Source: Delftia acidovorans NBRC 14950 (GTDB taxonomy: Bacteria; Pseudomonadota; Gammaproteobacteria; Burkholderiales; Burkholderiaceae_C). From it: a stretch of 32,000 nt of DNA. Every line of letters begins with the position of its first letter. The first letter of the stretch is position 1. Below the pieces are notes generated by a model that worked only from the letters and a program-made list of their open reading frames with translations, was not told the origin of the DNA and made no database searches. The DNA lies in NCBI RefSeq assembly GCF_001598795.1, contig NZ_BCZP01000014.1, forward strand, positions 90,001 to 122,000, read 5' to 3'. A program made the position numbers and the translations under genes. Below are positions 23,651 to 32,000 of the stretch, one piece after another.

Positions 23651-23705
23651 CTTTGTGCCCCGATTTCCGGGACGCGATGGCTCCAACCGACCGGGGTGAC
23701 TGACC

Positions 23706-24134
23706 GTGTTTCAAGGGGCGTCCTCGCTGAATCTCGATGGAAAGGGGCGGCTGTCTGTGCCGACCCGGCATCGTGACGCCCTTGTGGCCATGGCCCAGGG
23801 CCAGGTCACCCTCACCAAACATCCCCACGGTTGCCTGATGCTGTTCCCGCGCACGGAGTGGCTGCAGTTTCGCGAGCGGATCGCGCAGCTGCCCATGTCG
23901 GCGCAGTGGTGGAAGCGCATCTTCCTGGGTAACGCCATGGACGTGGACATGGATGCCACCGGCCGCGTGCTGGTGTCGCCCGAGCTGCGTGAAGCCGTGG
24001 GTCTGACCAAGGAGGTCGTGCTGCTGGGCATGGGTAACCATTTCGAGCTGTGGGACAAGGCCACTTATGAGGCACATGAAGCGAAGGCCATGCAGGAAGA
24101 AATGCCTGCGGCCTTCCAGGATTTTGCTTTCTAG
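23706..24134 (+). CDS. mraZ: Transcriptional regulator MraZ (GTG start)
   Basis: [25 protein letters not shown] ... [19 protein letters not shown] shows the two SpoVT/AbrB-like DxxxR repeats typical of MraZ. Confidence 0.9.
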   Translation: MFQGASSLNLDGKGRLSVPTRHRDALVAMAQGQVTLTKHPHGCLMLFPRTEWLQFRERIAQLPMSAQWWKRIFLGNAMDVDMDATGRVLVSPELREAVGLTKEVVLLGMGNHFELWDKATYEAHEAKAMQEEMPAAFQDFAF

Positions 24135-24149
24135 GAAAGAGGCGTTTTC

Positions 24150-25079
24150 TTGAATCAGCCGTTGCAACACATCACCGTTTTGCTCGACGAGGCCGTCGAT
24201 GCGCTGCTGGACGGCGCCGCACAGCCCGTTGCCGGGCAATGGGTGGACGCGACCTTCGGGCGAGGCGGGCATTCCCGGCGCATCCTGCAGCGGCTGGGGC
24301 CGGATGGGGCCTTGCTGGCGTTCGACAAGGACCCGGACGCGATCGAAGAGGCAGCGCGCATCACCGATGCGCGTTTTTCGATTCGGCACGAAGGGTTTCG
24401 CCACCTCAGCGAGCTGCCGGCCGGCAGCGTGCAGGGCGTGCTGATGGACCTGGGCGTGAGCTCTCCCCAGATCGACAACCCCGAGCGTGGCTTCAGCTTC
24501 CGCTTCGAGGGTCCGCTGGACATGCGCATGGACACCACGCGCGGCCAGAGCGTGGCGGACTGGCTGGCGGAAGCCGATGCCCAGCAGATTGCGGAGGTGA
24601 TACGTGACTACGGCGAAGAACGGTTTGCTGGCCCCATTGCAAAGGCGATTGTTGCTCGGCGCGAAAGCCAGGGGCCCCTTCGCAACACCGCGGAGCTTGC
24701 CGAGCTCGTGGCTGGCGCGGTCCGGACCCGCGAGGCTGGGCAGAACCCAGCGACACGCACATTCCAGGCTCTTCGGATTTTCATCAATGCCGAGCTTGAA
24801 GAGCTCGAACAGGCGCTAGAGGCCAGCCTGCGCGTGCTGGCGCCGGGCGGACGCCTGGTGGTGATCAGCTTCCACTCGCTGGAGGACCGCATCGTCAAGC
24901 AGTTCATCGCCAAGCACTCCAAGGAAGTCTATGACCGGCGCGCACCCTTTGCCGTGCCCACGCCCATGCGCCTTGAAGCACTGGGCCGCATCAAGCCCAG
25001 CGAGGCCGAGGTCGCCGCCAATGCGCGCTCGCGCTCGGCCGTGATGCGCGTGGCCCGCCGCACCGGGGTGCCTGCATGA
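24150..25079 (+). CDS. rsmH: 16S rRNA (cytosine1402-N4)-methyltransferase RsmH (TTG start predicted)
   Basis: [74 protein letters not shown] are canonical MraW/RsmH blocks. Confidence 0.9.
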   Translation: MNQPLQHITVLLDEAVDALLDGAAQPVAGQWVDATFGRGGHSRRILQRLGPDGALLAFDKDPDAIEEAARITDARFSIRHEGFRHLSELPAGSVQGVLMDLGVSSPQIDNPERGFSFRFEGPLDMRMDTTRGQSVADWLAEADAQQIAEVIRDYGEERFAGPIAKAIVARRESQGPLRNTAELAELVAGAVRTREAGQNPATRTFQALRIFINAELEELEQALEASLRVLAPGGRLVVISFHSLEDRIVKQFIAKHSKEVYDRRAPFAVPTPMRLEALGRIKPSEAEVAANARSRSAVMRVARRTGVPA

Positions 25080-25116
25080 AGCGCATGCACCGTCTGGCGC
25101 AAGAGGAGGGCGTGGC

Positions 25117-25401
25117 ATGCTGCGCCTGAACCTCGTGCTGCTGCTGGCGGTGATGGCCAGCGCCATCTTCCTGGTGCACAACCAGTACGAATCGCGCCGC
25201 CTGTTCACCGAACTGGACCGCGCCGTGGCCGAGTCGCGCCGCCTGGCCACCGAGCAGCAGCGCCTGCAGGTGGAAAAGCGTGCCCAGGCCACGCCACAGC
25301 GCATCGAGGTCATGGCGCGCGAGCGCCTGCAGATGAAGCCGGCCACGCCGGCCATCGCCCAGTACGTCAATGACGATGCGCGCACCGGAGTGGCTCCATG
25401 A
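25117..25401 (+). CDS. ftsL: Cell division protein FtsL
   Basis: 94-aa bitopic protein: MLRLNLVLLLAVMASAIFLVHNQYESRRLFTELDRAVAESRRL..IEVMARERLQM. It occupies the canonical position between rsmH and ftsI. Confidence 0.8.
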   Translation: MLRLNLVLLLAVMASAIFLVHNQYESRRLFTELDRAVAESRRLATEQQRLQVEKRAQATPQRIEVMARERLQMKPATPAIAQYVNDDARTGVAP

Positions 25402-27146
25402 CGCGCAGCGTGCTCTACACCTCCAGCCCCTTGCTGGCGTCCAAGACACCCCTGTGGCGCAGCAAGATGATCGTGGCCATGCTGGGCCTGGGCTTTGTCG
25501 GCCTGGGCGCGCGCGCAGCCTACGTGCAGGTGTTCGGCAACGACTTCTTTCAGCGCCAGGGCCAGGTGCGCTTTGCGCGCACGCTGGAGCTGCCGGCCAA
25601 CCGCGGCCGCCTGCTGGACCGCAATGGACTGATCCTGGCCTCCAGCGTGCCGGCCGCCAGCATCTGGGCCATTCCCGAAGATGTCGAGCAGGACGACCCC
25701 GAGGTCAAGGCCAAGCTCAAGCAGCTGGCCGCGCTCATGGAGATGCCGCTGCCCGCGCTGATGGAAAAGCTGGCCGACGAGGACAAGACCTTCGTCTGGA
25801 TCAAGCGCCAGCTCGACTGGGACGTTGGCCAGCAGATCCATGCCCTCAACATCAAGGGCATCTACCAGCGCAAGGAATACAAGCGCCAGTACCCGGAAGG
25901 CGAATCGGCCGCCCACATCGTGGGCTTCACCAATGTGGAAGACCATGGCCAGGAAGGCATGGAGCTGGCCTTCGACAAGGAGCTCGGCGGCAAGCCCGGC
26001 TCGCGCCGCGTGATCAAGGACCGCCTGGGCCGCGTGGTCGAGGGCGTGGGCGAGGAAGTGCCGCCTCAGGACGGCCGCGACATCCAGCTGTCCGTGGACA
26101 GCAAGGTCCAGTACTTCGCCTACCAGAAGCTCAAGGAGCAGGTCATCGCGCACAAGGCCAAGGCGGGCAGCGTGGTGGTCATGGATGCGCACACTGGCGA
26201 ATTGCTGGCGCTGGCCAACTACCCCAGCTACGTGCCCGACAAGCGCAAGAACCTGACGGGCGAGCAGCTGCGCAACCGCGCCATCACCGACACCTTCGAG
26301 CCCGGCTCGACCATGAAGCCCATCACCATCGGCCTGGCGCTGGAGTCGGGCCGCTTCAAGCCGGAAACGCCCATCGACACCACGCCGGGCCGCGTCAACG
26401 TCACGGGCTCGACGATTTCCGACACCCACAACTACGGCCTGCTCACCGTGGCCGGCGTGATCCAGAAGTCCAGCAACGTGGGCACGACCAAGATCGCGCT
26501 GCAGATGCCGGCCAAGGAAATGTGGGAAACCTTCTCGGCCGTGGGCTTCGGCCAGAAGCCGCAGATCTCCTTCCCCGGCGCCGCCAGCGGTCGCCTGCGT
26601 CCCTACAAGACCTGGAGGCCGGTGGAGCAGGCCACCATGGGCTATGGCTATGGCCTGTCCGCCAGCCTGCTGCAGATGACGCGCAGCTACACCGTCTTTG
26701 CCAACGGCGGGCGCGTGATCCCGGCCACCATGGTCAAGACCGACGAGCCGCCCGTGGGCGTGCCCGTGTTCTCTCCACGCACGGCCAACGAGGTGCGCAA
26801 GATGCTGGCCCTGGCGGCCGGCCCCGGTGGCACGGGCCAGCGCGCCCAGACCATCGGCTACTCGGTGGGCGGCAAGTCGGGCACGGCCCGCAAGCAGCAG
26901 GGCAAGGGCTATGCCGCCGGCAAGTACCGCGCCTGGTTCACGGGCATGGCGCCCATCGAGAACCCGCGCATCATCGTCGCCGTGATGGTGGACGAGCCCA
27001 GTGCCGGCACCATCTACGGCGGCACCGTGGCGGCACCCGTGTTCAGTGAAGTGGTGCAGCAGACGCTGCGCCTGATGGGCGTGCAGCCCGATATGGAAGT
27101 CAAGCCCTTGATCGTCGCCAACCCCGTGGAGGAGCCCTCGCTATGA
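25398..27146 (+). CDS. ftsI: Peptidoglycan D,D-transpeptidase FtsI (PBP3)
   Basis: An N-terminal TM segment is followed by the motifs STMKP (EPGSTMKPITIG), SSN (QKSSNVG) and KSGT (GGKSGTA). ATGA overlap with ftsL. Confidence 0.9.
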   Translation: MTRSVLYTSSPLLASKTPLWRSKMIVAMLGLGFVGLGARAAYVQVFGNDFFQRQGQVRFARTLELPANRGRLLDRNGLILASSVPAASIWAIPEDVEQDDPEVKAKLKQLAALMEMPLPALMEKLADEDKTFVWIKRQLDWDVGQQIHALNIKGIYQRKEYKRQYPEGESAAHIVGFTNVEDHGQEGMELAFDKELGGKPGSRRVIKDRLGRVVEGVGEEVPPQDGRDIQLSVDSKVQYFAYQKLKEQVIAHKAKAGSVVVMDAHTGELLALANYPSYVPDKRKNLTGEQLRNRAITDTFEPGSTMKPITIGLALESGRFKPETPIDTTPGRVNVTGSTISDTHNYGLLTVAGVIQKSSNVGTTKIALQMPAKEMWETFSAVGFGQKPQISFPGAASGRLRPYKTWRPVEQATMGYGYGLSASLLQMTRSYTVFANGGRVIPATMVKTDEPPVGVPVFSPRTANEVRKMLALAAGPGGTGQRAQTIGYSVGGKSGTARKQQGKGYAAGKYRAWFTGMAPIENPRIIVAVMVDEPSAGTIYGGTVAAPVFSEVVQQTLRLMGVQPDMEVKPLIVANPVEEPSL

Positions 27147-28672
27147 GTTCCTCCCAAGCCCTGCGGGTGCTGTCCACGGCCACCGAGGCTGTCCAATGGC
27201 TGGCCGCCCGCCTGCAAGGCAGCGGCACGCTGCAGACCGACAGCCGCAAGGTCCGGCCCGGCGACGCCTTCATCGCCTGGCCCGGCGCGGCCACCGATGG
27301 CCGCGCCCATGTGGCCTCGGCCCTGGAGCGCGGTGCCATGGCCTGCCTGGTCGAAGCGCAGGGTGTCGAAGCCTTCGGTTTTTCCGGCGAGCACATCGCG
27401 GCGCTGCCCGGCCTCAAGGCCGCTACGGGCCTGATCGCCGACCAGTGGTTCCAGCATCCCAGCGCCCAGATCGACGTGCTGGCCGTGACCGGCACCAACG
27501 GCAAGACCACCACCGCCTGGTGGCTGGCGCACGCGCTGGCCCAGGTGAAGCTGCAGGAACGCAGCGGCTGCGCCCTGGTGGGCACGCTGGGCGTGGGCAT
27601 TCCGCCCGCCATGGAATCCACGGGCATGACCACGCCCGACCCGGTGCGGCTGCAGCGTGCGTTCCGCGAGTACGCCGATGCGGGCCTGGCGGCCTGCGCC
27701 ATCGAGGCGTCGTCCATCGGCATCGTCGAGCACCGGCTGGACGGCACGCGCATCCGCGTGGCGCTGTTCACCAATTTCACGCAGGACCACCTCGACTACC
27801 ACGGCAGCATGCAGGCCTACTGGGATGCCAAGGCCGCGCTGTTCGACTGGCCCGGCCTGCAGGGCGCCGTCGTCAATGTGGACGACGCGCATGGCGCACG
27901 CCTGTGGGCCACGCTGCAGTCGCGCAAGCAGCCTGCCGCGCTCGACGTCTGGAGCATTTCCATCGAAGGCGCGGCGCGCCTGCAGGCCAAGGACATTGCG
28001 CTGGGTGCCGAGGGCCTGAGCTTCACCGTGATCGAGGCCGGCCACAGCCTGCGCATGCACACGCGCATGGTGGGCCAGTACAACGTATCCAACCTGCTGG
28101 GCGTGCTGGCCGCGCTGCGCTGCCTGGGCCTGACCCTGGACCAGGCCGTTGCGGCCTGCGCCCACCTGGAGCCCGTGCCCGGCCGCATGCAGCAGATCGT
28201 TCAGCCCGGCCAGCCGCTGGTGGCCGTGGACTACGCCCACACGCCCGATGCGCTGGACAAGGCCCTGCGCGCCCTGCGCCCGGCCGCCGAGCAGCGCCGT
28301 GGCCGGCTGTGGTGCGTGTTCGGCTGCGGCGGCGACCGCGATGCCACCAAGCGGCCGCTCATGGGGCAGGCCGCCCAGAAGAATGCCGACTGTGTGCTGG
28401 TCACCAGCGACAACCCGCGCAGCGAAGTGCCCGACCGCATCATCGACCAGATCCTGGCCGGCATGCAGCCGGGCGAAAACCTGCAGTCCCAGGCCGATCG
28501 CGCAGCGGCCATCGCCCAGGCGATTGCGCACGCCAGCGAACGCGACGTGGTGCTGATCGCCGGCAAGGGACATGAGGACTACCAGGAGACGGCGGGCCAG
28601 CGCCATCCGTTCTCCGACATGGCCGAGGCGCACAAGGCGCTGGCGGCCCGCGAAGGAAAGAAGCGGTCATGA
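27143..28672 (+). CDS. murE: UDP-N-acetylmuramoyl-L-alanyl-D-glutamate--2,6-diaminopimelate ligase
   Basis: VTGTNGKTTTAWW P-loop, DYAHTPDAL, and the DNPR meso-DAP specificity motif (TSDNPRSE). Confidence 0.92.
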   Translation: MSSSQALRVLSTATEAVQWLAARLQGSGTLQTDSRKVRPGDAFIAWPGAATDGRAHVASALERGAMACLVEAQGVEAFGFSGEHIAALPGLKAATGLIADQWFQHPSAQIDVLAVTGTNGKTTTAWWLAHALAQVKLQERSGCALVGTLGVGIPPAMESTGMTTPDPVRLQRAFREYADAGLAACAIEASSIGIVEHRLDGTRIRVALFTNFTQDHLDYHGSMQAYWDAKAALFDWPGLQGAVVNVDDAHGARLWATLQSRKQPAALDVWSISIEGAARLQAKDIALGAEGLSFTVIEAGHSLRMHTRMVGQYNVSNLLGVLAALRCLGLTLDQAVAACAHLEPVPGRMQQIVQPGQPLVAVDYAHTPDALDKALRALRPAAEQRRGRLWCVFGCGGDRDATKRPLMGQAAQKNADCVLVTSDNPRSEVPDRIIDQILAGMQPGENLQSQADRAAAIAQAIAHASERDVVLIAGKGHEDYQETAGQRHPFSDMAEAHKALAAREGKKRS

Positions 28673-30084
28673 TGACCTTGCAACAAGCGCTGGAGCTGAT
28701 CCAGTCGCATATCCCCCAGGCACGGCTGGTCGGCAACGGCCAGACCGTGCTCACGCGCGTGCACACCGACACCCGCACGCTGCAGGCCGGGGATCTGTTC
28801 GTCGCCTTGAAGGGCGAGCGTTTCGATGCCAACCAGTTCCTGGTCCAGGCCCGCGAGGCCGGCGCTGCCGCAGCCCTGGCCCATGGCGGCCTGGAGGCCG
28901 CAGGCCTGTCCGGCATCGAGGTGCCCGATTCGCTGGCCGCCCTGGGTGCGCTGGCCACGGCCTGGCGCGCGCGCTTTGCGTTGCCGCTGATTGCCGTCAC
29001 CGGCAGCAACGGCAAGACCACGGTCACGCAGATGGTGGCCTCCATCCTGCGCGCCCACGCGGGCGAGGCGGCCCTGGCTACGCGCGGCAACTTCAACAAC
29101 TCCATCGGCCTGCCGCTGAGCCTGATGCGCATGACCGCCCAGCACCGCGTGGCCGTGCTGGAGATGGGCATGAACCATCCCGGCGAGATTGCCGAGCTGG
29201 CCGCCATCGGCCAGCCCACGGTGGCTCTGGTCAACAACGCGCAGCGCGAGCACCAGGAATTCATGCACACGGTCGAGGCCGTGGCGCGCGAGAACGGCAG
29301 CGTGCTGCTGTCCCTGCCCGCCGACGGCGTGGCCGTGTTCCCGGCCGGCGACACCTACACGCCGCTGTGGCGCGAGCTGGCCGCTGCGCGCCAGTGCCTG
29401 CTGTTCGGCGAGTCTGCCGATGGCGCCCAGGTCCATGCGCGCGATGCGCTGTGGCTGGGCGATGCCTGGCAGTTCACCCTGGTCACGCCCGAGGGCGAGG
29501 CCCCGGTACGCCTGCACATTGCCGGCCGCCACAACGTGCGCAATGCGCTGGCCGCTGCGGCCTGCGCCCAGGCAGCCGGTGTGCCGCTGGCCGACATTGC
29601 ACGCGGCCTGAGCGTGTTCGAGCCCGTGCAGGGCCGCTCGCGCGCACTGGGCGTTTCGGTGCAGGGCCGCACGGTCACCGTGATCGACGACAGCTACAAC
29701 GCCAATCCCGACTCGGTGGCCGCGGCCATCGAGGTGCTGCGCGAACTGCCCGCTCCCCAGCTGCTGGTGCTGGGCGACATGGGCGAGGTCGGCGACCAGG
29801 GGCCGCAATTCCATGCCGAGGCTGGCGCGCTGGCGCGCAGCCTGGGCATTGCCCGGCTGTTCACGCTGGGCGCGCAAAGCACATTCGCCGCCACCGCATT
29901 CGGTGCAGGTGCGCGGCATTTCGAAGACATGGCCTCGCTGCAGCAGGCAGCCTGTGCCGCGCTGCCCGAGGTGGGCAGCATTCTGGTCAAGGGTTCGAGG
30001 TTCATGAAGATGGAGCAGGTGGTTCAGGCGGTCGAGGCGGCCGGCAAGGATGACGGTTGCAAGCAGGAGGCCGCATGCTGCTGA
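28669..30084 (+). CDS. murF: UDP-N-acetylmuramoyl-tripeptide--D-alanyl-D-alanine ligase
   Basis: [14 protein letters not shown]-loop, [24 protein letters not shown] and [11 protein letters not shown]. Confidence 0.92.
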   Translation: MMTLQQALELIQSHIPQARLVGNGQTVLTRVHTDTRTLQAGDLFVALKGERFDANQFLVQAREAGAAAALAHGGLEAAGLSGIEVPDSLAALGALATAWRARFALPLIAVTGSNGKTTVTQMVASILRAHAGEAALATRGNFNNSIGLPLSLMRMTAQHRVAVLEMGMNHPGEIAELAAIGQPTVALVNNAQREHQEFMHTVEAVARENGSVLLSLPADGVAVFPAGDTYTPLWRELAAARQCLLFGESADGAQVHARDALWLGDAWQFTLVTPEGEAPVRLHIAGRHNVRNALAAAACAQAAGVPLADIARGLSVFEPVQGRSRALGVSVQGRTVTVIDDSYNANPDSVAAAIEVLRELPAPQLLVLGDMGEVGDQGPQFHAEAGALARSLGIARLFTLGAQSTFAATAFGAGARHFEDMASLQQAACAALPEVGSILVKGSRFMKMEQVVQAVEAAGKDDGCKQEAACC

Positions 30085-31253
30085 TGCTGTCCCAATGGCT
30101 GCAGGGCCTGTCCCCCGAGTTCGGCTTTCTGCGCGTCTTCCAGTACCTCACGATGCGCGCCGTGATGGCCGCGCTCACGGCCCTGGTCATCGGACTGCTG
30201 GCCGGGCCGCGCCTGATCCGCATGCTGACCTCGCTCAAGATCGGCCAGCCCGTGCGCGGCTACGGCATGGAGACCCATCTGGCCAAGAGCGGCACGCCCA
30301 CCATGGGCGGGGCGCTGATCCTGCTGTCCATTGCCGTTTCCACGCTGCTGTGGTTCGACCTGTCCAACCGCTTCGTCTGGATCGTGCTGCTGGTCACGCT
30401 GGGCTTTGGCACCATCGGATGGGTGGACGACTGGCGCAAGGTGGTCAACAAGGACCCCGAAGGCATGCGCTCGGGCGAGAAGTATTTCTGGCAGTCCGTC
30501 ATCGGCCTGCTGGCCGCGCTGTACCTGGTGTTCTGCATTTCCGAGAACTCCAATGCCCAGGTCTTCGAGCTGTTCGTCACCTGGGTGCAGTCCGGCTTTG
30601 CGCTGGACCTGCCGCCCAAGGCGGGCCTGCTCGTGCCTTTCTTCAAGGAAGTCAGCTACCCGCTGGGCGTGCTGGGCTTCGTGATCATGACCTACCTGGT
30701 CATCGTGGGCGCCAGCAATGCCGTGAACCTGACCGACGGGCTGGACGGCCTGGCGATCATGCCCGTGATCATGGTGGGCTCGGCCCTGGGCATCTTCGCC
30801 TACGTCACCGGCAATGCCGGCTACGCCAAGTACCTGCTGTTCCCGCACATCCCGGGTTCGGGCGAGCTGCTGGTGTACTGCGCGGCCATGGCCGGCGCGG
30901 GCCTCGCCTTCCTCTGGTTCAACGCCCACCCGGCCCAGGTGTTCATGGGCGACGTGGGTGCGCTGGCGCTGGGCGCCTCGCTGGGCACCATTGCCGTCAT
31001 CGTGCGCCAGGAAATCGTGCTGGCCATCATGGGCGGCATCTTCGTGGTGGAGGCGCTGTCGGTGATGCTGCAGGTCACCTGGTTCAAGTTCACCAAGAAG
31101 CGCTACGGCCAGGGACGCCGCCTGCTCAAGATGGCGCCGCTGCACCACCACTTTGAAAAGAGTGGCTGGAAGGAGACCCAGGTCGTGATCCGCTTCTGGA
31201 TCATCACCATGCTGCTGTGCCTGTTGGGCCTGTCCACGCTGAAGCTGAGGTGA
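30075..31253 (+). CDS. mraY: Phospho-N-acetylmuramoyl-pentapeptide transferase
   Basis: [37 protein letters not shown].., [22 protein letters not shown], and [17 protein letters not shown]. The start was chosen at 30075 and overlaps the murF end by 10 nt. Confidence 0.92.
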   Translation: MLLMLSQWLQGLSPEFGFLRVFQYLTMRAVMAALTALVIGLLAGPRLIRMLTSLKIGQPVRGYGMETHLAKSGTPTMGGALILLSIAVSTLLWFDLSNRFVWIVLLVTLGFGTIGWVDDWRKVVNKDPEGMRSGEKYFWQSVIGLLAALYLVFCISENSNAQVFELFVTWVQSGFALDLPPKAGLLVPFFKEVSYPLGVLGFVIMTYLVIVGASNAVNLTDGLDGLAIMPVIMVGSALGIFAYVTGNAGYAKYLLFPHIPGSGELLVYCAAMAGAGLAFLWFNAHPAQVFMGDVGALALGASLGTIAVIVRQEIVLAIMGGIFVVEALSVMLQVTWFKFTKKRYGQGRRLLKMAPLHHHFEKSGWKETQVVIRFWIITMLLCLLGLSTLKLR

Positions 31254-31257
31254 GTGC

Positions 31258-32000
31258 ATGAACACCGAAGACTTCAAGACCGACCTCCACGCACTGCCGG
31301 CCACCGAGCCCGCCGTTCCGGCGTCCCCTGCCGAGCTTGTCGAGCTGGCGGACCCGGCCGGAATGCCGGGCCTCGCTCCCGAGGGGCAGGTGGTTGCGGA
31401 CCCGGTCCTGGACGATTCACCGGCTCCCGTGCCAGTTGGCGACGGCGAGGCGGAGCCTCCGGCCGCCGAGGTGCCGCCGGCGCCGCAGGTGCCTGTGGCC
31501 CTTGCCGAGCCCGTGCCCGACATCGCCACGCTGACGGCGGCCAAGGATGCTGCGGCCTTCGTGGCCCAGATCTTTGCGGACCCCAGCATCTCCGACTCGT
31601 CCGATGCCGAGGTCACGCCCCTTGCCGCCGAAGAGGCGGTTGAATCCGAACAGGTGCTGCCGCCCGTGGCTGCCGGCTGGCCCGGCGAGCAGGTCCAGCA
31701 CCTGCAGGGCCAGCGCGTGCTCGTGCTGGGTCTGGGTGCCTCGGGCCTGGCCATGGCACGCTGGTGCGTGCGCTGCGGCGCCGAAGTCATCGTGGCCGAT
31801 ACGCGCCAGGCGCCGCCCCAGCTGCAGCAGCTGTCCACCGAATTGCCTCAGGTGCGCTTCGTGCCCGGCGAGTTCACGGCGCAGCTGGTGGACGGCCAGA
31901 GCCTGGGCTTGGTCTACCGCTCGCCCGGCCTGAGCCCGGCCGCCGTGGCGCCCGTGGTCGATACCGCGCGCGCCCAGGGCCTGCCCGTGGGCGGCGAACT
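31258..32000 (+). CDS. murD: UDP-N-acetylmuramoylalanine--D-glutamate ligase, 5' part only, with an N-terminal extension of about 145 aa
   Basis: The open frame from ATG 31258 runs to the window end and is not in the ORF track because it has no stop. The canonical MurD N-terminus QRVLVLGLGASGLAMARWCVRCGAEVIVADTR starts only at about residue 152. The preceding part is Pro/Ala/Glu/Asp-rich. Confidence 0.85.
   Translation, partial: MNTEDFKTDLHALPATEPAVPASPAELVELADPAGMPGLAPEGQVVADPVLDDSPAPVPVGDGEAEPPAAEVPPAPQVPVALAEPVPDIATLTAAKDAAAFVAQIFADPSISDSSDAEVTPLAAEEAVESEQVLPPVAAGWPGEQVQHLQGQRVLVLGLGASGLAMARWCVRCGAEVIVADTRQAPPQLQQLSTELPQVRFVPGEFTAQLVDGQSLGLVYRSPGLSPAAVAPVVDTARAQGLPVGGE

Noticed and set aside
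1-32000. A window-wide scan for CRISPR arrays, IS elements or transposases, toxin-antitoxin pairs, restriction-modification systems or other defence-island signatures.
   Set aside because: No regularly spaced repeats, no terminal inverted repeats, no transposase, nuclease or methylase-like ORFs, and no compositionally foreign block were seen. Nearly every gene is a conserved housekeeping or metabolic type.

Overview
This is a high-GC chromosomal window. Its gene content and order look like core genome of a betaproteobacterium of the Burkholderiales/Comamonadaceae type (the taxon is an inference). Left third: a partial cysK, a LysR regulator, an MFS-DUF2848-amidase operon, a divergent EamA/AraC pair, RNase P RNA (rnpB), and an iron cell-surface-signalling locus. 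That locus runs Fur box, then a single-polypeptide ECF-sigma/FecR hybrid, then an STN-domain TonB-dependent transducer. Middle: a degenerate RsuA-like pseudouridine-synthase homolog, a Nudix-MBL fusion protein, dapF-DUF484-xerC, and a His-rich COG0523 GTPase. These are followed by an unexplained spacer of about 0.5 kb, a DksA lacking three of the four zinc-finger cysteines, a 593-aa orphan with two STAS-like modules, and hslVU. Right third: the start of the dcw cluster, mraZ-rsmH-ftsL-ftsI-murE-murF-mraY-murD, with murD partial and carrying a long N-terminal extension. Several gene junctions are 4-nt ATGA overlaps (dapF/DUF484, ftsL/ftsI, ftsI/murE, murE/murF). I saw no CRISPR array, IS/transposase, prophage or recognisable defence genes, and no clear-cut novel multi-gene system. 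The most interesting candidates are the COG0523 plus Cys-less DksA pair with its long leader, the tandem-STAS orphan between dksA and hslV, the sigma/anti-sigma hybrid signalling locus, the catalytically degenerate pseudouridine synthase homolog, and the MurD N-terminal extension. All coordinates of sub-ORF starts and small motifs were worked out by hand and could be off by a few nucleotides.
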